Source of the DNA: Minisyncoccota bacterium
GTDB taxonomy: Bacteria; Patescibacteriota; Minisyncoccia; UBA6257
Reading direction: 5' to 3'
DNA: 38,049 nucleotides
Assembly: GCA_035360795.1 (NCBI GenBank)
Contig: DAOSBJ010000001.1
Coordinates: 1 to 38,049, forward strand
Both the position numbers and the translations under genes were made by a program. Numbering within the stretch: the first letter of the stretch is position 1; the number at the start of each line of letters is the position of its first letter. This document shows, piece by piece, positions 26,560-34,085 of the stretch. Under the pieces are notes generated by a model. It did no database searches. It worked only from the letters and a program-made list of their open reading frames with translations, and was not told the origin of the DNA.

Positions 26560-28323
26560 ATGGCTAACAATTCTTTAAACTTCATGAAAAAATTAGCAAA
26601 AAATAAAATTTTAATTTTCATATTAATTGCCATCATTATTGTTGGTGGTTATTTTATCTATAAAAAAACCACCAATAAGGAAGTGACTAAATATATTATC
26701 GGTCAAGTTTCTAAAGGAACAATCAGCAAAACCGTTTCTGGCAGCGGTTATATAACTATCCCTGACCAGTTAGATATCAAATCAAAAATCGGGGGAGAGG
26801 TTGTCTATATTGGAGTAAAAAATAACACTCCTGTTAACGCCGGCGCCCTGATTTTAAAAATAGACTCAAAAAATTATGAAAAACAAGTTAAAGACGCCCA
26901 GTTTAGTTTAGAAATGGCTCAGATGTCTCTTGAAAAACTAATTTCCCAAAAAGAACAAACAACCAACGATTTAAACAAAGCCTATGAAGATGCTTTTCAG
27001 AATCTTTCAACAATTTATGGCAGTCTTCCTTCCTTAGTGACAACTGTAAAGGGAGTTTTTGACTCAGAAACAACAAAAGAAACTAATCTAAAAGATTTGG
27101 ATTTTTATGCTCAGGTTGTCAGTTTCTACAATAACTTGCCTTACACCAAAAACCAACAGATAGATTCTTTTAATAAACTTCTAAGCGAGTACTACAATTT
27201 ATTCAGAGACTATCAATTGCTAAAATTACCAGTTAACCAAGATGACTTTGATAATTTTTTACAGTCAAGTTATTACACCATTAAAAACTTATTTGATTTA
27301 ATCAGAAGTAATCGCGATAACCTTCTTTCCTATAAAGATTTGTATGACAATCATTCTGTTTTTACTGAAATTCCCATTACAGTTACTGTTTCTCAACTCA
27401 CTTCTTTATCAGAAGCAGCAGCAAGTTTAAATCAATATCTAAATACAATTACTTCAAATAGAAATACCATTGAAAAATACAAGACAACATTAAAAAATTA
27501 CGAACAAGATATTAAAAATCAGGAGTATTCCATTAGACAAAAAGAAAATGCTTTAAAAGAAGCGGAAGATAATCTTGATAATTGTTATGTTAGGGTGCCC
27601 TTGAGAGGAGAATTAACAGGGTCCGAAGCACCCTTGAGCGGAATCATAACAAATTTTGAAATAAAAAAAGGCGATTTAATTTCCAGCAATACTACTATCG
27701 GTACTTTAATTACTGACAATAAAATAGCAGAAATTACCTTAACAGAAATAGACGCGGCTTTGGTAAAAGAAGGACAATCAGCCACTTTAACTTTTGATGC
27801 TTTACCAGGAGTAACTTTAAAAGGCAGGGTAACTGAAGTCGGATTATTGGGCCAGACATCACAGGGAGTAGTTTCTTATCCAGTTAAAATTTCCATTGAA
27901 CCTTCGCCTGATTTAGAAAAAGTGAAAGCTTCAATGACAGTTGACGCCAATATTGTGGTAGAAGAAAAAACCGATGTTTTGACTATTCCTCTAACTGCTC
28001 TTAAAACAAGAAACGAAAAAAGTTTTGTTGAAGTTCCTGATGAGGCAGATTTAACTTTATTCAAATCGCAAACTTCAACTAATCAAAGACAACGCTCACA
28101 AAAAACAGTTACTTTAGAATTTCCACCTAAAGAAAAATTTGTTCAAACTGGAATAAGTGATGAAGAGAATATAGAAATAATCTCTGGCTTAAATGAGGGA
28201 GATTATATTATTGTTCGAACTATCGTTCCTAATCAAAACACTTCCACTCTAAAACAAAATTCTTTCTTTAACAGTTCTCAGTTTAGAATGGGAGGAGGTG
28301 GCGGAATGCCAATGATGAGATAG
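26560..28323 (+). CDS. Efflux periplasmic adaptor (HlyD/MacA/YknX-like membrane fusion protein)
   Basis: 587 aa. N-terminal TM, a lipoyl-like half motif (GGEVVYIGVKNNTPVNAGALILKID), a long coiled-coil hairpin, and beta-barrel segments (ATLTFDALPGVTLKGRVTEVG). It ends in GGGGGMPMMR. Confidence 0.8.
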   Translation: MANNSLNFMKKLAKNKILIFILIAIIIVGGYFIYKKTTNKEVTKYIIGQVSKGTISKTVSGSGYITIPDQLDIKSKIGGEVVYIGVKNNTPVNAGALILKIDSKNYEKQVKDAQFSLEMAQMSLEKLISQKEQTTNDLNKAYEDAFQNLSTIYGSLPSLVTTVKGVFDSETTKETNLKDLDFYAQVVSFYNNLPYTKNQQIDSFNKLLSEYYNLFRDYQLLKLPVNQDDFDNFLQSSYYTIKNLFDLIRSNRDNLLSYKDLYDNHSVFTEIPITVTVSQLTSLSEAAASLNQYLNTITSNRNTIEKYKTTLKNYEQDIKNQEYSIRQKENALKEAEDNLDNCYVRVPLRGELTGSEAPLSGIITNFEIKKGDLISSNTTIGTLITDNKIAEITLTEIDAALVKEGQSATLTFDALPGVTLKGRVTEVGLLGQTSQGVVSYPVKISIEPSPDLEKVKASMTVDANIVVEEKTDVLTIPLTALKTRNEKSFVEVPDEADLTLFKSQTSTNQRQRSQKTVTLEFPPKEKFVQTGISDEENIEIISGLNEGDYIIVRTIVPNQNTSTLKQNSFFNSSQFRMGGGGGMPMMR

Positions 28324-28328
28324 TAAAT

Positions 28329-29036
28329 ATGTTGGAAACTAAAAATATAACAAAAATTTACAAAACTGGTGAAATAGAAACCCGAGCTTTGGATGGGGTT
28401 TCTTTAAGAGTTAATGATGGTGAATTTGTTGCCATTATGGGTCCTTCTGGCTCAGGAAAATCAACCCTAATGCATATTTTAGGATGTTTAGACACTCCCA
28501 CTTCTGGTAAATATATTTTAGACGGAGAGGATGTTTCTAATTTATCAGATGACGAATTGGCAAAAATTAGAAATAAAAAAATTGGTTTTGTTTTTCAATC
28601 TTTTAATCTTTTACCAAGAGTCACTATTTTTAAAAATGTAATGTTGCCACTGCTTTATAGCAATCAACCTCTTTCAAAAAGAGAGCAATTAGCCAAAGAA
28701 GCTTTGGAAGCAGTTTCTTTTGCGGAAAAATTCTGGTTTTATTATCCTAACCAAATTTCTGGGGGAATGGCTCAAAGGGTGGCAATTGCCCGAGCTTTAG
28801 TTAACGACCCATCAATTATTTTAGCAGACGAGCCAACAGGAAATTTAGATTCAAAATCATCAGAAGCAATAATGGAAACTCTTTGTTTTCTCCATCAAAA
28901 ACAAAAAAGAACCATTGTAATGATTACTCACGAGCCAGATATAGCCCAATATGCTCAACGGATTATTTATTTGAAAGACGGCAAGATTGTTTCTGATGAA
29001 GAAAATAAAAACAAAATATTTTTTAATTTTAATTAA
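28329..29036 (+). CDS. MacB/LolD-type ABC ATP-binding protein
   Basis: Walker A GPSGSGKST, FVFQSFNLLP, signature ISGGMAQR, Walker B ILADEPTGNLD, and the H-loop ITHE. Confidence 0.9.
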   Translation: MLETKNITKIYKTGEIETRALDGVSLRVNDGEFVAIMGPSGSGKSTLMHILGCLDTPTSGKYILDGEDVSNLSDDELAKIRNKKIGFVFQSFNLLPRVTIFKNVMLPLLYSNQPLSKREQLAKEALEAVSFAEKFWFYYPNQISGGMAQRVAIARALVNDPSIILADEPTGNLDSKSSEAIMETLCFLHQKQKRTIVMITHEPDIAQYAQRIIYLKDGKIVSDEENKNKIFFNFN

Positions 29037-29044
29037 ATTATAAA

Positions 29045-30256
29045 ATGAAAGTCAATGATTTATTATCAGAATCAGTAAATGCTTTAAAAGCCAATAAACT
29101 TAGAACATTTTTAACTATTTTGGGAATAGTTATTGGTATTGCCTCGGTAATAGTAATGATTTCAATCGGCGAAGGAGTACAGAAAACAATTGAATCAGTT
29201 ATTGAAGGTCTAGGTTCAAATCTTTTAATTATTTATCCTGGCGCTTCTTCAAATCAAAGGGGGTCTGTTTCATTGGGAAGAGGCAGTATGACTTCTTTAA
29301 AAAATGAAGATATTGATTTAATAAGAAAAATCGATGGGGTAGCTTTCGTCGCGCCGGTTTTTCAAAGGCAATACCAAATTGTAAGCCAGACCGGTTATAA
29401 CACCCGAGCCTCAGTTGTTGGCACTACCAGTGATTATTATTCTGTTAGAAACTTAAAACTTAAAAGCGGCAGATTTTTAACTCCTACTGATGACAAAAGT
29501 TATAACAAAATAGCAATTATTGGCGCAAATATCAAAGAAGACCTTTTCCCTGATGATGACAATCTAATTGGAAAAAATATCAAAATAAATAGAGTAAATT
29601 TTAAAATAGTCGGAGTTTTAGAGTCAAAAGGAGGGGGATTTGGTTTGGAAGATGATTCAATTATTGTTCCTCTTTTAACAATCCAAAAAATGTTGGCCGG
29701 AGTTGATTATCTGGCAACTATCTCCGTCAGCGTTTCAAACCAAAACCAACTTTCACAAATCCAAGAAGAAATCACCAAAGTTCTCCTTCTTCAACATAAA
29801 GTTTCTGAACCTGATTTCTCTTTTATCTCTCAGCAAGATATTCTTTCTGCTTTAAATCAAATTACTACCACTTTCACAATCTTTCTCGCCTCTATTGCCG
29901 GAATTTCACTTCTCGTTGGCGGAGTGGGAATTATGAATATGATGCTTACCACTGTCACTGAGAGAACACGTGAGATTGGTTTAAGAAAAGCAGTTGGTGC
30001 CAAAAAAATTGAGATTACTCATCAATTTCTCTCGGAAGCCATTATTTTAACCAGTTTAGGAGGAATACTTGGAATTATTTCTGGTTGGTTAGGTTCAATT
30101 CTTTTTGCTAAAATAGTTAATGTTTATACTTCTATTTCTCCAGTCTCAGTTGTTTTAGCTCTTGGAATTTCTTTTCTGGTTGGTTTAGTTTTTGGTTATT
30201 ATCCTGCAAAAAAAGCCGCCAATTTAAATCCAATTGATGCCTTAAGATACGAATAA
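29045..30256 (+). CDS. MacB-type ABC permease (MacB periplasmic core + FtsX domain)
   Basis: 403 aa. NKLRTFLTILGIVIGIASV at the N-terminus, a large extracytoplasmic domain, and a C-terminal FtsX block (ERTREIGLRKAVGAK...YPAKKAANLNPIDALRYE). Confidence 0.9.
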   Translation: MKVNDLLSESVNALKANKLRTFLTILGIVIGIASVIVMISIGEGVQKTIESVIEGLGSNLLIIYPGASSNQRGSVSLGRGSMTSLKNEDIDLIRKIDGVAFVAPVFQRQYQIVSQTGYNTRASVVGTTSDYYSVRNLKLKSGRFLTPTDDKSYNKIAIIGANIKEDLFPDDDNLIGKNIKINRVNFKIVGVLESKGGGFGLEDDSIIVPLLTIQKMLAGVDYLATISVSVSNQNQLSQIQEEITKVLLLQHKVSEPDFSFISQQDILSALNQITTTFTIFLASIAGISLLVGGVGIMNMMLTTVTERTREIGLRKAVGAKKIEITHQFLSEAIILTSLGGILGIISGWLGSILFAKIVNVYTSISPVSVVLALGISFLVGLVFGYYPAKKAANLNPIDALRYE

Positions 30257-30286
30257 TTATTATTCACAAGTTATCCACAGTCGCAC

Positions 30287-30314
30287 TTGATTTATTTTTA
30301 AAATAATTTAAAAT
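30287..30314 (+). promoter_or_regulatory. Promoter-like hexamers (TTGATT-16-TAAAAT) just upstream of the hairpin array
   Basis: The predicted start is near 30320, which coincides with the first nucleotide of hairpin 1. Such hexamers can arise by chance in AT-rich spacer DNA. Confidence 0.3.
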
Positions 30315-30318
30315 GAAA

Positions 30319-30529
30319 GTGCTGTTGCTTAGAAGCCGAAAGGCAACTAAGCAATAGCACGCTGCCTTTTAGAAGCCGCAAGGCAACTAGAAGGTAGCAC
30401 GGTGATCCTTAGAAACCGCAAGGCGACTAAGAATCACCACGGTGATCCTTAGAAACCGCAAGGCGACTAAGAATCACCACGCTGCTCCTTTGAAGTCGCA
30501 AGGCAGAGAAGGAGCAGCATTTTTTATTT
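30319..30529 (+). ncRNA. Candidate structured RNA or 3'-UTR element: five tandem 40-nt hairpin modules ending in a terminator-like hairpin plus T-run
   Basis: Units lie at 30319-30360, 30361-30400, 30401-30440, 30441-30480 (identical to unit 3) and 30481-30518. Each has a 10-14-bp basal stem, an AA/AA-type internal loop, a 3-bp helix (gcc/ggc) and a GNRA tetraloop (gaaa or gcaa). Basal stems differ between units but stay complementary. Unit 5 is followed by tttttt. Confidence 0.55.
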
Positions 30530-30537
30530 CTTTAAAT

Positions 30538-30603
30538 AGTCATTCTGAGCGTAGCGAAGAATCTCTCGTATATTGTCATTCTGAGCACAGCGAAGAATCT
30601 CTC
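30538..30603 (+). repeat. Direct repeat of a ~29-nt element (gtcattctgagc-NN-agcgaagaatctctcg), two copies
   Basis: Copies at 30538-30567 and 30575-30604 differ at 2 positions. A 6-bp hairpin, tctcgc-gaat-gcgaga, follows the second copy. The element translates as HSERSEESL, which explains the spurious track ORF 30442..30693. Confidence 0.7.
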
Positions 30604-30661
30604 GCGAATGCGAGATTTCCAATCCAATGCGCGACATCTGATATCGTACCTAGTGTTATTT

Positions 30662-30690
30662 TTGACCTTTCAATTGCTACTTGCTACAAT
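30662..30690 (+). promoter_or_regulatory. Sigma70-type promoter (TTGACC-17-TGcTACAAT) for the DUF1858-pcm operon
   Basis: -35 ttgacc at 30662-30667, a 17-nt spacer, and an extended -10 tgc-tacaat ending at 30690. Confidence 0.55.
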
Positions 30691-30717
30691 TGATAATAAA
30701 CTCTCCAAGTTTTTATT

Positions 30718-30933
30718 ATGAAAAAAACCGCTAAAATCACAGGCAATACTTTGCTTTCAGAAATTGTAGACAACAAGAAATTCTTAAAAATTTTAACTAA
30801 ATATCAAGTACCTTGTTTAACTTGTCCTTTTGCTATTTTTGAAATTCAAAATTTAACTCTAAAGGAAGTCTGCGAAACTTATAATCTTGACCTTAAAAAA
30901 CTTCTCAAAGAATTAAATAAATCTAATAAATAA
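30718..30933 (+). CDS. DUF1858-domain small protein (hybrid-cluster-protein-associated redox disulfide domain family)
   Basis: 71 aa. TLLSEIV...KILTKYQVPCLTCPFA...TLKEVCETYNLDLKKLLKELN matches the DUF1858 pattern (C-x2-C, then an 'l.eac..hgid...ll.eLN' tail). Confidence 0.65.
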   Translation: MKKTAKITGNTLLSEIVDNKKFLKILTKYQVPCLTCPFAIFEIQNLTLKEVCETYNLDLKKLLKELNKSNK

Positions 30934-31548
30934 ATGCCAACTTTACAGGGTTTGGTAGAGAATTTAAAAAACGAAGGTTGGCTTAAAACAGAAAAAATTA
31001 TTGAAGCCTTTAAAAAAATTAAAAGAGAAGATTTTGTAATTGACAAAGATTTATCTTATTTTGATACCGCCTTAGAAATTGGCAAGGGTCAGACGATTTC
31101 TCAACCATTGGTGGTGGCTTTTATGCTTGAATTACTCCAACCAAAAGAAGGAGAAAAAATTTTAGATATTGGCTCTGGCTCTGGCTGGACAACTGCTTTA
31201 TTGGCTCATTGCGTAGGGAAAAACGGCAAAGTAATTGCTGTTGAAATAATTCCAGAATTAAAAGAATTTGGCGAGAATAATGTAAAAAAATATAACTTTA
31301 TAAAAAAGGGAATCGTGAAATTTGTTTTAGGAGATGGCAAGTTTGGCTATAAAAAAGAAGCACCATTTGATAAAATTTTGGTTTCTGCCGGCGCAATAGA
31401 AATTCCCCAAGAGTTAAAAAATCAATTAAAAGTCGGAGGGAAAATAGTCATTCCAATTTATAATTCAATTGTTGAAGCAACTAAAATCAACCAAAACAAA
31501 TTTAAGGAAGAAGCATATCCGGGCTTTGTGTTTATCCCTTTCATTTGA
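30934..31548 (+). CDS. pcm: Protein-L-isoaspartate O-methyltransferase
   Basis: 204 aa. GQTISQP, the SAM motif ILDIGSGSGWTTALLA, and VKFVLGDG...PFDKILVSAGA...LKVGGKIVIP. Confidence 0.9.
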   Translation: MPTLQGLVENLKNEGWLKTEKIIEAFKKIKREDFVIDKDLSYFDTALEIGKGQTISQPLVVAFMLELLQPKEGEKILDIGSGSGWTTALLAHCVGKNGKVIAVEIIPELKEFGENNVKKYNFIKKGIVKFVLGDGKFGYKKEAPFDKILVSAGAIEIPQELKNQLKVGGKIVIPIYNSIVEATKINQNKFKEEAYPGFVFIPFI

Positions 31549-31572
31549 CAAATGTTTCAAACAGCGTATACT
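31545..31572 (+). promoter_or_regulatory. Sigma70-type promoter (TTGACA-16-TATACT) for the RRM protein gene
   Basis: The -35 ttgaca overlaps the pcm stop codon. The -10 tatact is at 31567-31572. The predicted 5' UTR is about 90 nt. Confidence 0.5.
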
Positions 31573-31667
31573 AAAAGAGGCGTTTAAAAACGTCATGCTC
31601 CGAACCTGCTTCCTTGGTTGAATAAGGATTTAACGGGGCAGGTCGATAAAAAGAACAAAAATAAAAG

Positions 31668-31961
31668 ATGAATACGAGATTATACGTAGGAAGTCTTTCT
31701 TACGATACGACTGATGAAACCTTGAAAGACACCTTCTCTCAAGCAGGAACAGTGACTGCCGCCACAGTTATCACAGATAAATTTTCTGGTCGCTCAAAGG
31801 GTTTTGGCTTTGTTGATATGTCAACTGAAGAAGAAGCCCAAAAAGCAATTGAAATGTTTAATGGTAAAGAATTAGACGGCAGAACAATTGTTGTTTCTGA
31901 AGCCAGACCAATGCGCGAGAGACCTCCGAGAAGATATCAAAATAGAAGATTTGAAAACTAA
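31668..31961 (+). CDS. RRM-type RNA-binding protein
   Basis: 97 aa. RNP-2 LYVGSL, RNP-1 KGFGFVDM, and an Arg-rich tail. Confidence 0.9.
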   Translation: MNTRLYVGSLSYDTTDETLKDTFSQAGTVTAATVITDKFSGRSKGFGFVDMSTEEEAQKAIEMFNGKELDGRTIVVSEARPMRERPPRRYQNRRFEN

Positions 31962-31981
31962 AATTTCAAAATTTTCTACTC

Positions 31982-32013
31982 GCCCCCTCTTTTTTAAAAG
32001 AGGGGGCTTTTTT
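31982..32013 (+). terminator. Rho-independent terminator
   Basis: A GC-rich stem, gccccctctt / aagagggggc, followed by tttttt. Confidence 0.85.
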
Positions 32014-32053
32014 AAAAGGGGGTTTTGAGTTATAATAACAAGAAAGAATTACT

Positions 32054-33070
32054 ATGCTTTCTATTGGAATTGTTGGTTTGCCAAATGTGGGAAAGTCCAC
32101 CCTTTTTAAAATTTTAACCAAACAGGAAGTAAATATTCAAAATTATCCTTTTACCACTATCAATCCAAATGTGGCAGTAGTGCCGGTAAAAGACGAAAGA
32201 TTGGACGCAGTTGCAAAAATTTCTAAACCAGAAAAAATTTTGCCGGCAGTGGTTGAATTCTATGATATTGCCGGCTTGGTAAAAAATGCTTATAAGGGAG
32301 AAGGACTGGGAAATCAATTTTTAGCCCAAATTAGAGAAACTAATGCCATTATTGAGGTTGTTAGATGTTTTGAAGAGCCAACAGTTGCTCATTTAGAAGG
32401 AACAATTGACCCCTTGCGAGACATAGACATTATCAATACTGAATTGATTTTTAAAGATTTAGAAACAGTAGAAAAAAGAATGGAAAAAATATCTGGCGAA
32501 GCAAAGGCCGGAATAAAAGAAAGTCAAAAAGAAATGGAAATTTTAAATCAAGTAAAAAATGAATTGGAAAATGGCAATTTGCTTTTTTCAATTTTTGATT
32601 CGGAATTTTTAGAAGAACCATCAATAAAAAATTTAAATTTACTAACAGTTAAAAAACAAATTTATTTATTAAACATTAACCAAGCGTCAAAAGAAATTTC
32701 TCAAACTGTATTAAATAAAATCAAAGAACTAAAAGCAGAATATTTTATCGCTGATTTAAATCAAAATCCTGATTTAAGCAATTTAATCAAAAAGGCCTAC
32801 GAAATTCTAAATCTAATCAGTTTTTTTACCATTGTCGGCACTGCTGAAGCCAGAGCCTGGCCAATTAAAAAAGGCGCAAAAATAATAGAGGCGGCAGAAA
32901 TGATTCATTCTGATTTCAAAGAGAAATTTATCAAAGCCGAAGTCATTAACTGGCAAAAACTAGTTGAAGTAGGGGACTGGCAAAAAGCCCATCAAAAAGG
33001 TTTAGTGAGGACAGAGGGCAGAGATTATATTGTTGAAGACGGCGACGTAATAATCATAAAACACCATTAA
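32054..33070 (+). CDS. ychF: Redox-regulated ATPase YchF (Obg-like)
   Basis: G1 GLPNVGKST, FTTINPN, G3 DIAGLV, a coiled-coil insert, and a C-terminal TGS-like region (FFT.G..E.RAW.I..G..A..AA..IHSDF...FI.AEV). Confidence 0.9.
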   Translation: MLSIGIVGLPNVGKSTLFKILTKQEVNIQNYPFTTINPNVAVVPVKDERLDAVAKISKPEKILPAVVEFYDIAGLVKNAYKGEGLGNQFLAQIRETNAIIEVVRCFEEPTVAHLEGTIDPLRDIDIINTELIFKDLETVEKRMEKISGEAKAGIKESQKEMEILNQVKNELENGNLLFSIFDSEFLEEPSIKNLNLLTVKKQIYLLNINQASKEISQTVLNKIKELKAEYFIADLNQNPDLSNLIKKAYEILNLISFFTIVGTAEARAWPIKKGAKIIEAAEMIHSDFKEKFIKAEVINWQKLVEVGDWQKAHQKGLVRTEGRDYIVEDGDVIIIKHH

Positions 33071-33071
33071 G

Positions 33072-33341
33072 ATGACGACAAAAAAGTTTATTTTCTCCGG
33101 CACAGTTCAAGGGGTGGGTTTCCGCTACTTTACTAAAAAATTCGCCAGAAAGTTAAAACTTACTGGCTGGGTTAGAAATAACGACGACGAAACCGTAACT
33201 TTAGTTGCCCAGGGAGAAGAAAAAAACATTGAGGCCTTGCTTAATTATTTAAAACTATTCTTTAAAGGCAGAATTGAAAAAATAGAGGAGCGAGAAACAA
33301 ATTTAGAAGAAACCTTCAAAACCTTTGAAATCAGAAAATGA
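33072..33341 (+). CDS. acyP: Acylphosphatase
   Basis: 89 aa. Signature GTVQGVGFRYF and GWVRNNDDETV. Confidence 0.85.
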   Translation: MTTKKFIFSGTVQGVGFRYFTKKFARKLKLTGWVRNNDDETVTLVAQGEEKNIEALLNYLKLFFKGRIEKIEERETNLEETFKTFEIRK

Positions 33342-33832
33342 CAACCCATCTTTCTCAATACACAATTCCGTTTGGGGGCAATTATTATTGGACAAAACAT
33401 TCATTAGCGAAAATGGCTTTTTACGGTTTGTCAGAAAGCAAAGTTAAAAGAGTCTTGCGTTTTCCCCAAAGAACCGAAAAGGGGATTGCGCCTGAAACTA
33501 TTGCTTCAATGCAAACTGCTGGTTCAAAAAAACATCCTTATGAAATTTGGGTAATGTACCAAATACAAAACGAAATATCAAAAATAAAAAATAAAAAATT
33601 AAATTCAAAATTCAAAATTAACAACGAAAGCGTCATTGCGAGCAAAATACCAGCCTGGCAGTCAGATAGGAAACAATCTCTAAAAACTCGTCACGGTCTT
33701 CGACCTCGCGATAATAGACAAAAGATTATTACCATCATTAGCGCTTGGAAATATCCGGGAATTACTAAACCTGGAGAGCCGATCCCAATTCCTCAAGACA
33801 TTTTAGAAGAAATCCTAAAAAATTACACCTAA
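33338..33832 (+). CDS. Hypothetical protein with an internal low-complexity / repeat-derived insert
   Basis: 164 aa, with ATGA overlap with acyP. The conserved-looking ends (YYWTKHSLAKM...EIWVMYQ and KIITIISAWKY) are separated by a Lys/Asn-rich segment and a stretch encoded by a gtcattgcgagc-type repeat. Confidence 0.5.
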   Translation: MTTHLSQYTIPFGGNYYWTKHSLAKMAFYGLSESKVKRVLRFPQRTEKGIAPETIASMQTAGSKKHPYEIWVMYQIQNEISKIKNKKLNSKFKINNESVIASKIPAWQSDRKQSLKTRHGLRPRDNRQKIITIISAWKYPGITKPGEPIPIPQDILEEILKNYT

Positions 33833-33873
33833 ATAATTCTAAATATTATTTCCAAAAACATTTGACAAAACAT

Positions 33874-33902
33874 TTGACATTTTAAAAATTATTTGCTATA
33901 AT
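33874..33902 (+). promoter_or_regulatory. Full-consensus sigma70 promoter (TTGACA-17-TGcTATAAT)
   Basis: -35 ttgaca at 33874-33879, an exactly 17-nt spacer ending in tgc (extended -10), and -10 tataat at 33897-33902. This is the best promoter match in the window. Confidence 0.65.
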
Positions 33903-33908
33903 GGAACT

Positions 33909-34085
33909 GCTTGGCTCTGGACTACCGGTGGGGCAGAGCCAGGCACTAATTTTAAAAAACATGGGGTATTTTTATCTCAAATCAAGGGTTTTTCGAGCAT
34001 TTAGCCCCAAAAACCAAATAAAAGTAAAATCTCTAAAAAAGGTCGGATTAGATTGGCGTTTTTAAATAGCGCCAATCTTTTAATT
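33909..34085 (+). ncRNA. Candidate sRNA or cis-regulatory leader between the consensus promoter and a terminator-like hairpin
   Basis: 5' hairpin gcttggctctg-(14 nt)-cagagccaggc, 11 bp with one G.U, at 33909-33944. 3' hairpin agattggcg-(11 nt)-cgccaatct at 34050-34078, followed by tttt-aa-ttt. I recognised no known RNA family. Confidence 0.35.

Noticed and set aside
30319-30518. CRISPR array interpretation of the 40-nt periodic units
   Set aside because: There are no unique spacers. The variable parts of each unit are self-complementary arms of the same hairpin. The units are contiguous, and there are no cas genes in the window.
30442-30693. 83-aa track ORF (MILRNRKATKNHH...HSERSEESL...)
   Set aside because: It is translated entirely from the tandem hairpin units and the direct repeats. 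It has no RBS, its repeated peptide is dictated by the nucleotide repeats, and it crosses a terminator-like hairpin with a T-run.
33901-34065. 54-codon ORF (MELLGSGLPVGQSQ...) in the leader region
   Set aside because: Its ATG is part of the -10 hexamer of the consensus promoter. It has no Shine-Dalgarno sequence, and its composition looks non-protein-like. An RNA-level explanation is preferred.
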